Assembly (NCBI GenBank): GCA_030704615.1
Contig: CM060733.1
Location: 54,994,001 to 55,058,000 of the forward strand
Reading direction: 5' to 3'
DNA length: 64,000 nucleotides
From: Takakia lepidozioides
Taxonomy: Eukaryota > Plantae > Bryophyta
How positions within the stretch are numbered: position 1 is the stretch's first letter; each line of letters begins with the position of its first letter. The position numbers and the translations under genes are program-made. Positions 24,143 through 36,559 of the stretch are shown piece by piece. The notes below the pieces were generated by a model that ran no database searches, was not told the DNA's origin, and worked only from the letters and a program-made list of their open reading frames with translations.

Positions 24143-24678
24143 CTATAAACCAGGGTGAGCTTCAAGGGAATGGTGGGTGGGATGATGGCTGATGACATGC
24201 ACCTGGGTAGTTGCATATACTCTGCCATCCTGGGTGCATAATCGGCCATCCCAGCCAATTCGGCAGTACACCCTGGGTGGCCGATTCTACCTGAGAATTA
24301 GTCTCAAAAAGCGGCAGAATACTCCACACCTGATTTTTTCGTGGAAGCAATTGAGCATTTTAAGATCAAAGAATATCTTGGGTCCCCGAAGATAAGGTTT
24401 TTACAAAGCGAGTCCTTCACACAGATGTTGGCAACACTTCCACAATCCCAGAACCAAGCTATTGAACAAAGATCATAAATCGTTCAACTACAGAAAACTA
24501 AATCAAACAGACTAAACTGGGGGACTACTAACCAAAAACAGGATGGGGTATGGGGATATCTATGGGACAAAGATCTTTCTGGTCATCAACATTTTCTCAA
24601 GAACAAATAACAATAGCATTGTATTGAACCACATGATCATACTAAAGACATGAGAGAATGCCAGAGCTGTGGCCCTGC

Positions 24679-26579
24679 TGTTGGAATTAACACACCCATG
24701 TTGTGGTGCCGCTAGATTAGGCTTTAGTTAATGCACTGCACCTTAAATCTAAATAGTAGCTGGCCATAGCTGGCCACCGTTTGCATCAGTAATTATATCT
24801 TCATTACAGTTAGCGATAAGGCCCATGTGGTCCTGCTCTCCTTATCTATCTGTAACAAACGTTGTATACCTCTGGTTGAAATTGAAGTTTTTCAAAGCTC
24901 AAGTTGAAAATCAGACAGGGCATAGAATTAAAATTCTACGATCTGATCGAGGGAGTGAGTATCTTTCAAATGACTTCATCAAATTTTGCAATGAAGAAGG
25001 CATACGGAGATAGCTCACGCAAGCTCACACGCCGCATCCAAACGATGTCGCTGAACGTAAGAACCGTACCTTGCTTGATAGAGCACGTAGCATGGCTCTT
25101 ACTTGCAACTTACCTAAGTTCTTGTGGAGTGAGGCACTTAACACGGCAAATTACTTGGTGAATCGATCACCAACCAAGGCCAACTCGGGTATCACTCCGG
25201 AAGAGAAATATTCAGGTATCAAACCAGATCTTTCACTCCTCTGTATTTTTGGATGCAAGGTTTATGTTCACATAGCCAAGGAAGACATGGGATCTAAGTT
25301 ATCTCCAAGGTCATTGAAATGTCTATTTTTGGGATATGATGAGGAGAGCAAGGGTTTCAGATGCTTTAGTCCTCATGGCAGAAAGGTGGTCATCACATGG
25401 GATGTCCACTTTGATGAATCTAGCATGTCCAGCCTTCCGACATCCTCACCATTATTCCTGAACAAGCTCACATTTCTCCCATCAAAGCTACACTTCCAGA
25501 TCATTCAACTCAAAGTGCCTCAGAATCATGTCATTCGCCACCCCTAGGTACTGAGCTGCCCATGACTTCGACAGAATCATTCACACCAGAAAATTCAAAC
25601 GATAATAGAGATCTTGATGGTGCACATGAGCAGCCGAGAGCAGGTAAAACTCCCCACTGGCTATTCGTAAGTATGGAAGAACGATCATTCGGCCCATTCG
25701 ATTTGATGACTACGTAGCAATTGCAGAAGCTGGTGAGCCACAGAAATATTCTGAGGCAATTGGCAATCCAAAATGGCAAGCTGTGATGGATCAAGAAATG
25801 GCCTCAATCGCAAGAAACTCCACGTGGGACTTAGTGGATTTACCGCCACAAAAACACCCAATCACGGCAAAGTGGGTTTACAAAATCAAGGAAGGAGCTA
25901 ACGGCAAAGGTGCTCGTCTTGTGGCTCGAGGGTTTGAACAAAAGAGAAGGCATAGATTACGACGAGACCTTTGCTCCCGTGGGGAAGGAGAATAACGTGT
26001 GCAGGTTGAACAAAGCTCTCTATGGGCTTAAGCAAGCTCCACGGGTCTGGTATGAAAAAATTGACAACTACCTCCAAGAACAAGGTATGCACAGAAGCAA
26101 TGATGATTACAATATGTATTATGTCAATGAAGGTGTGAAACTTGTCATTCTTGTGCTACGAGGACTTAGAGAGAAGCTAGGTGTTGTCTCTCTTGGCAGG
26201 CTGTGCACATCAAGAGAATAGTTCAATATTGAGAGGAGGATGGGTATGAGAGGAGGTGTTGGAATTAACACACCCATGTTGTGGTGCCGCTAGATGAGGT
26301 TTTAGTTAATGCACTGCTCCTTAAAGTAGCTGGCCATAGCTGGCCACCCTTTGCATCAGTAATTATAGCTTCATTATAGTTAGCGATAAGGCCCATGTTT
26401 TTTGTTTTATTATTATTATTGTTATTTTTTAAGGGGACCGAGGCCCTTTAAGTCATATTAAATAGAGGCCTTGGAAAAAATAACCAAGACAGAAGGCCAT
26501 GAGGCATACATCTCAAGCGATTGGGGTATTCCCCTTGTCCCGCTCTCCTTATCTCTATGTGACAAACGTAGTATATCTA
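24679..26579 (+). mobile_element. Internally deleted Ty1/copia retrotransposon
   Basis: LTRs start TGTTGGAATTAACAC at 24679 and ~26257; PPT GAGAGGAGG; integrase (LRSDRGSEY, AERKNRTL) and RT (KALYGLKQAPR); gag/protease absent; near-TSD CCTGC/CCCGC. Confidence 0.92.
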
Positions 26580-28014
26580 CCCGCGCCTCTAGTGTTCTAG
26601 TTAGTTGATCGACCAGGCTCGGAATTCTAAATAAGAAGAGGTTGATTTAAGCACTCTGCCTCTACTTGCCTAGCTTAAAGGTGTGAGGGCATGTGGCTGC
26701 ACTGCCAGTCAGTGTTGAACAGAGGATGAAAGAAAGGACCTCTAAAATAACCCTTCCACCTGAAATCTGTTCTAGGTGCTTTACAAATTGGGAAGAAATC
26801 CAATGCGACTGTCACTGCAGGTCGAAAGATTGAGTGCAATTTTATTGCTGAAATTGCAGGCCCTACAGTGATCGAGGGAAAGTTTGTGGTTTGAGGCAAG
26901 GCAACCATGGCTTCCACATCGCTCTTGGTGATGCCACCGATGGCTTTCTTTCCACTGGTATGAATCCCACTAGTTTTCCTTGCATTTTCACGGTTAGGTG
27001 CTGCTCCCTGTCAATGAGAAATGCATTGTAGGTAATGCAATCCGTCATGCTAGAGACCTTGGCAACGGTATTGCTGGTGATATCTCGTCCTCTCTCTCTT
27101 TTTCATACGCAATCTACAAGCCGGCGGCAACGCTGCAGGACCTTATCAACACGCTGGTCCAGTTGGTGGCCAAATGCCATTCCTACGAAGCTGGCATATA
27201 TAAAGAGATCGAAATGAAATGCGAAGCACTGCCAGATAAGTGCCCTACAACTTGTCGCTTTTCTACCAGGTGGTTCCGTCCGCCAGTGGTTCTGAGAATA
27301 CAAGCTGTTGGGTGGGGGGATGGATAGTGCATGCACATCGATTGAGGAGGACCTGGAGGCACTCCATCAAGACAATGACTATTAAAACGGTCGATTCTCC
27401 ACACACTTAAAGCTCTAGCTGCAGACATACTGGGAGATAAAGAGATATAGTATTAACCTTGCAAGCCATCCTGTGAGAAAGCTACAAGTTACAACCCCAC
27501 TGATTCCAGCGGTCCCTGTCAGCACTGACAGAGCCTTCACTGGTGCCACTGTCACTTCGGTATGGAGTCTTTCCCAGCTTGGATCCTGTGGAGGCAAGGT
27601 TGCTAGGAGTAAAAGAACAAGTAAATTAGAGGCAGCAGCCAAGACAAATCTCAATTCAGCATTGTCCTGAGTCATACTCAGTCAGTGACGAAAATCTGTT
27701 CACAATGCAGCATTGTCCTCAGTCACGTTCTTCAGCCCAAAACAGAACAACCGAGATTGGCATCGCTTCCCAGGCACTCGCTAAACTTGGCTAAGTTACT
27801 TACGTTCGTCGGGAGACGGACGAAAATGGACGGGGGAAAAGTGGCGGGCAGACGGTGAGAGTCACGGGGATAATTCGCCGGGATATTCGTCGGCTTAAGA
27901 ATCCCGGCGCTGGGTCACCCTGTAATTTAGCGGTCTCCCCCCGGGTCAACGGTGAGCAGGGTCGCGGGTGTGTCTCTCTCATTTGTGTCTGTGCTCAAGA
28001 TCTGCATTCTACAA

Positions 28015-31000
28015 ATGTCGTCTTCTCCGATAGACAAGCTGTGGGGGCCAACAGAATACGATCAGGATCCTTCCCGGCATCCTGCCTTGCAAATCAATTC
28101 CAAGGTATGTCCCCAGGCAAAGAGTACATGCAATTCGGACTTATTGCCCGGCAGGGCAAGGCGATAGCTGTCTCCGTGTATTCACGGCCGTCAAAGGAAG
28201 AATTGTGTGGGGAATTGTGTGGAAAGATTAGTGAGGCAGATGTGCAGCTGAAATGCGGAATGTTCGAAGGGACCAAATATGAATAGTATGGTTCCAGAGA
28301 GACAGAATTGCTTCCACGAGAGACAATCACAGAGGCAGAGAACAGCATTGGAGATTAGATAATGCAGGAAATTTACTTACAGATGTGAGTATCTTAAGAT
28401 TTGTCCACTGAGGTACCGCTCGTTTCCCCATTTTTGTGACAGAAGGTAGAATGAAGGGAAAACACCAATTCAATCAAGTACGGGAAGTTAACGTTCCAGA
28501 AGTTTAAGAGATTTTTGTGCCCATTCGAGACTGCGGGACTGATTTTTTGGTCGCTGTCTACGGCAACAGATTGATCGAGGTCCAAAAGTAATTCTTGCTG
28601 GCAGTCGATCTAGAGTTTAACCAGGGTTAGGGTTGATCGATTCTGAATAGGATAATTTGAATCCCAATTTCTGAGATTTCTTTAATCACCATCTCGTCTA
28701 GCTCTTGTGACAGAGACTCAGAGGCGGATATTTGCAGTTTTTGTGACACATGTAAGGATAGTCCCGTCTAATGTGACTCAAGGCAGTTAACTCTGGCTAG
28801 ATGAGCCTAAGAATTTGGCTTCTGTCATTTCTGTCTGTCGAGGCTAAACAGTAAATTAGCATTCTCCATTACTTATACCAGTCTTGCGTTTTGTCCAGGA
28901 GCCATTTAATGCGGAGCCTCCACCATCAGCGCTCATTAGTTCCTACGTGACTCCGGAAGACATGTTCTACAAACGCAACCATGGCCCCATACCTGTCCTT
29001 GCAGACCCTGCCACGTATGCTCTCTCGTGCACTTCTCAACTCATTTCATTAGATTTGCAGAGGTGGATTTGAATAGTACATCCTGCTTGCCATAGCTTTC
29101 TGGTCATGGTTTATTTGCTGAATTAGGATGGAGCAGGAAACAAAACAGGGGCGGGGGACATGCATATAATAATAGAATGGATTGTATGTTCCCAAACCAC
29201 AATTTCAGTGACGGGTGAGTAGTTTCTTATGTGGAATCCCAGTTGAAATCACCTGAAAAGCTACACCCTAGCACATTATGTTATACTCAAAAGTTCATGC
29301 ACTAGTGAAATTTACAACCTGATGGGAACCGGCATGACTTTGAACAATGTTGTGAAAATCTATGTTGCAGATATCGGTTGGTGCTTACTGGGCTTGTCTC
29401 CAATTCGCTCTCTCTCTCCCTTGATTACATACGGTACATTCACTTTTTCATTCTCAAAGTATCTCTTCTGGGGCAGAGCAAGACAGGGAGAAAGAGAATG
29501 TCACTTGAGCATAATACTTAGCCACCACAGAAATGTGCGTACCTTTTGTCCAAGCCACAGGAAATAAGCTCTCGTAAGTTGGGTGAAAATTCCTGAAGAG
29601 AATGTACTCATAAGACGTTGTTTGCCGTAGCCTTGTGGCCATTGACCCCGCACCCAGTTTGAGTGGAACAAAATTCCTGAAGGGAGAGAGTTACGGAGAG
29701 ATGAGATTTGCTTTTGGTCACCCATCATTCAAACCACTGCAGGTGAAAACTCTTAACACAGTGGTTGACTTTGAAACATCTTGCAGGCAGTTGCCGAAAT
29801 ACACGGTGGTGGCAACATTGCAGGTAAGTTGGAAGAGCAGGGCAGCCTTCCACTGTGTCTAGCCTCATGTCATCTGGTTCAGTAGCTTTGGGATTAGCTG
29901 CTCAACCTCTCCCGCCCTAGTCATTTTGTGAGTCTACTGCCTCATGGACATTGGAAGGAAGGAGGTCGTGATCAGGATGCTGTTACACACTGCTATTAAA
30001 TGGTGCAAGGCAAGTACAGTGTGCAGGAAACCGGAGGACGGATATGAGTCAGAAAAGGAAAGTCAAGGGAGTTGGTTGGGGCATTGCAGCTCTTGGAAAT
30101 GGTAACCTCCCGTATTCAGAGAGCTTGCACGTTTGCTGACTTAGAGCTTGGCAGGGTAGTTCGACCAAATCAGGCATAAAACTGCTATTCTCCATAATTA
30201 GTAGTGATAACAAGCTGAAAGTAAGGAGAATGCCAGCAAGCTGGAAACTTTTATTTCTGATATCTTCCTGTAGAGACAAGGTCCTGTCATTGGCATTTAT
30301 ATTCTTGAGTCTTAATATACTTGCAAGCGTGCAAATTCATTTATTGCCCTAGAAAGATCAAGGGGCTGGGGCAACTATCGTGCGGCCTGACTTGTGGCAG
30401 CTGCTTGGGGAGGAGCAAGGCTTGCGGATGTGCTACATCTGGCAGGTGTAGCTCAGAACTCTGATGTCACAGCTACAGGTGGCAGGCATGTAGAGTTCGT
30501 CAGTGTTGATGTTTGCAAGGTACCTACACACAGTTGTCCCAACAGTTTGGCAGGGCAGTCTTCCTTTGAACTAGCTCTGGATGATATCTTTCCTGTGGCT
30601 CCCGAGTCCCATGTGAGGAGCAGGATTTATTTTGACCCGCTTTTCACCAAGGTGGTGGGGACAGAAATGAAATGAAATGAAATGGTACTAACATTGTAAC
30701 ATCCACATCAAAGAGACAGAAAAAGTGCTCTTGCAGTAGCCTTGTGGCTAGAGACCTGGTGCCTGGTTCGTTAGATGGAGGAGAAGAGAAAGGGAGATAG
30801 AATGTCCTCCTAGAACTTGTCTTGTGGCATCTTGTTGATATAAATCCACATCTGGTTTGGACTGAGCAGAGGGAGACCTTTCTCTTGTCTGACAAGTTGA
30901 GGATGCCTGGCACTTGCAGGAGGAAGATGGGGGACCCTACAGAGCGTCAGTGCCCTTGCTTCAGGCCACATCTCTAGAAGCAGACATACTACTGGCCTAT

Positions 31001-31640
31001 GAGATGAATGGAAAGGTGTGTGGTCCTATGGTTGTCATGAACCTTTCAGGTCTGGCCATGAGAGGTTTATGTTTCCGCAAGAGAAGCACTAGTCTCAATG
31101 TCAAATGTGAGGGCTTCACTTTTTGTCACCTTCTCAGACCAACTGTAGAGTGAAGAGGGTTGTGGCCTGCAATGGTTGAAGCAGGAACTGAATCGAGACC
31201 ATGGGTATCCATTGCGAGTGGTGGTTCCAGGGGTCATCGGTGCACGCTCTGTTAAATGGCTAGATAGCATCATAGTATCTGAGCATGAGTGCCAGGTAAG
31301 TGAAAAATCTATTAATTGCATTTGTGTATAAATAGGGTAAGTTGCATCACAGATCCAGTTTTTGTTTCATGCTTGTATCACATGTGGTGTACTGAGACTG
31401 AAGGTGTCCAGGTGGTGATCTACAGGGTTTCTGGAGCAGAGTATGCAAGATCTTTGCACTGCTACAGCTGATCTCTTTTCAAGCAATAAAGTGCATGCCT
31501 GCTTATGTTTTATAGCTGAATGTGCAGGGTTTTTTCATGCAAAGAGATTACAAGATGTTCCCACCATGGGTTGATTGGAACAATATCAACTGGAACTCAA
31601 GACGTCCACTTACGGATTTTCCTGTCCAAGTACTCTCTCC

Positions 31641-31685
<45 letters not shown>

Positions 31686-34042
31686 AAGTTAGGCAGAAAA
31701 CTTCCCTGAACTTGTTTCCAGTCAGTGACATGGGGGAGGACATCTTGGATGACCTCAAGGGTCTACCCACTCTCGGCACTAGACTGAAATTTAAACTCAG
31801 GGCAGGAAGCCTACCTTTGAACAGCAAACAGAAGCAGAGAGGAAAGGGAGAGTGCAATTGCCCGCTGTGTGGGCAATCTGAAGACAGTATTCACTTTCTG
31901 ATACACTGTCCGGGGTTCTCTCACCAAAGAGACGCTCTCTTCAATTCTATCAAGGGAATTGTGCCTGTACCCCTGTTTAACAACTTTGAAAGTCTCGAGG
32001 CTGAGCCAAAAGCCCAGGCCCTCCTGAGGCCTAGTTTTTGGGCAAATCACACACAGCAGATTGATGCTTGTGTGAAGGGATTTCTAGAGGATATCTGGAA
32101 AACCTGGATTAATTCTATATAGGATGGTAAGTCACACTACCAACGTCAGCCCCTGACAGAGGTAGGTTCTGTCCCTTTTGTTCCCACTCAAACTGGGCGC
32201 GGGGTCGCGCGGGGTCAATGGCCACAAGGCTACGGCAAACAACGTCTTATGAGTACAATCTCTGTGAGCTTTCCGCGGACGTTATAAAGCACCATTTCAT
32301 TTCATTTCTCTGTCCTCTGTCTTTGCACATGCCTACAATAAGCATGAATTATGTGCATAAAAATTCCTTATATGTGTCTCCTCTTGCTGTCACTGACTCT
32401 CATCTTTCTGCACTGGCATTGCTGATGGAATGGGGACTTGGATGCCAGAGTGCGATTTGTGTTCCACAAGAGGGTGCCATCATGGAGGAAGGAAGCAGGG
32501 TCAGTATTTCATGCCTTTGACAATTTGGAGAGGGAGAGATGGCTCCGGTGGGAGCTGGTCTATCAGATCATTTTCTAAGGCTCCCATAGTAATGTACTGA
32601 ACCTGCAACAGAGAGCTGATCCCATACTTGCAAGGGGGACCACCAGTGAAGCCAGTACCTCCATCTGGGTACGCTGCGGTCAATTCAAAAGGACACCTCT
32701 GGGAATGTGTGAGCATTGAGAATCAGGACTATCGCTAGAGAGTTTAAAGGGATTCTGAAAACCAGACATCAATGGTAAGATGCTTTGTAAGTATACAGGT
32801 GTTGCCTGAAACGTATGCAGTTAGCTGCTGTGTCTCCTCACAGTAAAATCACATTGGAGAAATGTTGTGCACAGGTGACTATTCGTGGGTACGCTATAAC
32901 AGGTGGTGGACGTGGCATTGAGCGTGTTGATGTATCGCTTGACAGTGGTCACACATGGAGGGAGGCCATTCGTCTTCCAAAGGAGCGAGTCTGTGGAGAA
33001 GGCATTGATGAGGATCCCCTGCGCCCAAATTGGGCATGGGTGTTTTGGGAGCTCCCCTATGTTCAAATATATCCCCCAACAGATATTGTTGTGAAAGCGG
33101 TATATGCCCACCACATCTGTCTGTCCGTCTCTGTGTCTGTCTGTGTCTGTGTCTGTGTCTGTCTGTCTGGTGCCGCCCAAACTGGGCGTGGAGTCTATAT
33201 GGCCACAAAACGATATTTGAGTGCGTTCTCTCTCTCTCCCTCTGTCGACTTAGTACATAACTTTCTGTCCCTTGGTTGTCGGAAGCCTCACTTTTTTTCT
33301 CATTTTCTGCTTTCATTTATCCCATTAGCTCTTTGAGCTTCCTATGGATGTTATAACGTTTCTTCTTTTCTTTCTTGCTCTCTTCCAGCCCACTCTGCCC
33401 TTTGTTCAATCGACAGTCCTACCACTACAGCCACACAGGTCACATTTGCTGCAAGCTAGAGGACTAGAGGCGCTTGCACTTCGTCATAGCAGTCAAACAA
33501 CGAAAATCTACACTGAATCTGGTACTACCATCTTTTTTGGCAACAAGCACAATGGGACCAGCCCAGGGAGAGATAGAAGGAATGATTAACATCATGCTTT
33601 TAGTATGATGTCAATGTCAACCCTTCTATCACTCTCTCTGATCAGATTGTGGTTGGTTGTCTGAGTGCTATGGCAATTTTTGGCTTAATCTCTTACAACC
33701 TTGGTGAGCTGAAAGCATAACCAGCTCTGGGAGGTTTGTATCCCCAGGTACATCATCATATGGTCAAGCAATATATCCTCTAAACTAACTGCTCCATGCA
33801 AATCAGGCACAGTGCAAGGCTTTGGCAAGCACGGTCTAAACAATGCATCATCCCTGAACCCGCCTACATGTATGTTATTTTCCCTCTCATGATGTAGGTT
33901 TGTTCTGTTGCAGATTGATAGTTCAGCAAACGTGCAGCCTGCAACTGTCGAGGAGATCTGGAATCTGAGGGGGGTCTTGAACAGCTCCTGGCATCATGTG
34001 CACATCAACCTTCTTGGACCATGCCTTGTTTCAAATTTGTAA
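28015..34042 (+). CDS. SOX: Peroxisomal sulfite oxidase (Moco enzyme); exons 28015-28104, 28899-29014, 29371-29433, 29787-29823, 30020-30101, 30401-30519, 30920-31015, 31185-31295, 31528-31629, 32449-32499, 32875-33099, 33914-34042
   Basis: GT-AG exons join in frame: [25 protein letters not shown] (Moco Cys), [37 protein letters not shown]; C-terminal SNL PTS1. Confidence 0.95.
29600..29690 (-). mobile_element. Short 3'-end fragment of an intronic LINE-derived family
   Basis: rc of CAATGGCCACAAGGCTACGGCAAACAACGTCTTATGAGTAC shared with ~32216 and ~37910. Confidence 0.8.
31683..32308 (+). mobile_element. 5'-truncated LINE (C-terminal zinc knuckle and 3' UTR) in a sulfite oxidase intron
   Basis: [27 protein letters not shown]; follows a (CT)n tract; ends with CATTT repeats. 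Confidence 0.88.
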
Positions 34043-36559
34043 GGACCTTCAGGCAGATAGTCATCATTTAGTTTGGCTCCTGCCATTGTAATGTAAGCTT
34101 TTTGAACTTGAAAAGTAAATGGGGGAGACACATTTCTGACTGGCATGGGTTTATCCATCACTTCCATCTTATCTGTCTCTATCAATCCTTCAACAGACAA
34201 AATCCATGGCAACTGCATACAAGTTATAACCTTGGTGAGACTGCTTGGTATCATGTCAATGGCAGCATGTGCTTACACCTGGTGTCATGGAGCAGTGTCT
34301 ATAATTGAAAATATACGACATTTCAGGTGTGAGGAAGACTCAACTGCTGCCCACCAGAGAGAAGTTGAGGAACAGATGGCTGCTCAGAGACAAATTGAAG
34401 AACAAAATGCTGCCCACCAGTGCCAGCACCCTGTTGGACATCATGCGCACGGCGCAGAGACACCTGACATCCTCGATAATTTCTGATTCCATAAGATTAT
34501 AAGGAATTTTCTTAAGGCCTAAAATTACCGAGAATGAAACTATCATGCTCATTCCAAGCCAAGGTACCTTACAAACACCACCCAAACCTCGCCATGCTGT
34601 GTTGAGAATGTTTCAAAGTGGCCCACATTGCCGATTGAAGTATGTCTCCTAAGCTTCTCCCTTTGCCCAGATTGGCTAGCAGGGCCATGCAGCTGCTGAT
34701 TCCACAGCTTGCCCCACCCCCCCTCTCATAAATGTGTCATTGGAAGCATACACGGGAGTATGGTGCAACATTGGAAGCACTGCTCTGATCTGGGGCTCGG
34801 CTTCGAACCTGACAACCAGTTGAGTTTGACTCCTCAAGACCCAAAGACTTGCAGGCGCAACTTCTTATAAGGATCTCAGGACGTACTCAGCCTGTTGCTT
34901 GGGTTGCTGCTTCCATGGAAATTTCTGCCACTAGATCAGGAGGGCATTCCAGTGAAGATAGAAGTAGCTTGTGGTTGAGGACATCAGCTACACATACAAC
35001 ACTCATTACAACCACCGCTACTTGTCTTGGCTTGGACTCATGGGAACTAGATTAGTTATCCCCATCAATGGAATGAAATGACTCAGAGGGTTCCTAAATC
35101 TCTACCTTTCCCCTCCAGAGCAAAAAAAACCAACTAATTGACGGGAACTGCACTGCTACGATCAACTATTGAGCTGTGAGTTGACAAAGGAGATAGCCTT
35201 TACTGTCAACTAGTGCTTGTCTTCGAATGATATGTGCAGGACCAGAGCAATTTTGATGATTGTCTTTGTACTAAGAAGTATGTTAATCAGCTAGCTAGTC
35301 TCCTTAAGGTGCATTATAGGCACAGACTGCAGTGTTGGCTAAATAGTGCAAGACATTGCTGCAACCATCAGTGACAGTGCCTTCTCGGGGCTGGATTTAG
35401 TTCTGCGCAGCGATCACACGCACAACTTTGAGCATGATTGCAGGTTGGCATGAGATCGAGAGGCGGATTCCTTCAGATTCACTGATTACAGCTCAATGGA
35501 AGCACGTCTCCAAGTTCATCTACCCACTGTTGATGCTCTCTGAGGTTCTGCTGCCTACATGCTCTCAAGGAAACTCAACGCAGACGAAACACAATAACCC
35601 TTGAATTATATTTAAGCCTTCTGCCATTCAGAGATTTTACTGCACCCCTTGAAAAGCCTGACTCTTATGCACTGAAAGAGACATCATCAATTTCATTTGT
35701 ATGATTCCAAAAAGTTTTCCACCTTCACTTCCACTGTTTGATTTGATCGGTACATTCCAACAGAGAACGCATTGTAGAATGGATTTCCATGACTGCCCCT
35801 ATTCATGGTGTCTGTATGAAAAGCACCAGGAGATAAGGCACATCTCTGTAGAGATAATTTCAGCCAATATGGCCTAAATTGGGACAAGACTTGCTAAAGA
35901 ACTTGCAGTTTCCCAGTTTCATGATAGGCAACCGAGCCATTAGAAACATTGTCAGATCTCTACATCGACCCCAATAGTCACAAGCAAGTCTGTAGACGCT
36001 GATTCAAAATTGTGTTGTCTGTCAAGCTGCAACCATCATATTATGTTCCTTTTGCAATCTGTATCTCAAAGGGCCTGGTACAGGAACTCCACCAGTGTTG
36101 GTTCCAAGTGGACAATTTTTGGAGTAGAACTTGCGCAGTAGTCTAAGGTCATCCATTTGACACTAAGTTTCACCTGGTGATCAACGGTGTTCGGGAGCTT
36201 TTCGTCTTCCTTCCTTTGCCCTGAAACCATGATGCTGCTCAAGTGACACGACCTGCAAGACCAAAATGCACAACCAAATGTTACAAGGGATAAACATAGT
36301 CATTGTGATGTTGGTAATGTGGTGTGCACATATTAACAACAATACTGGACATAACTTGCATGCAAGCAGGCGCGAGTTTTTGTTGGAAGCATTCGCTGAT
36401 TGGAGAGAAGACAACTTCACCAGCCACATGGGCTATTAACATTGGATGGGCTTCTTAAGGTATGTGTCATGGAATTTCACTATGAAGCAGATGAGTCACT
36501 TACCACAATGATGCCCGACAGAAAGGAAATAGTCTTCTCACCGTTGCGCACACAAGATG

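Noticed and set aside
26998-27327. 109-aa ORF upstream of sulfite oxidase
   Set aside because: No recognisable motif or consistent exon structure.
31520-32122. 200-aa ORF as a gene
   Set aside because: Chimera of an out-of-frame sulfite oxidase exon, a (CT)n tract and a LINE C-terminus.
34145-34486. ORF with EEQ..AAQ repeats
   Set aside because: Low-complexity, no recognisable family, no supporting exons.
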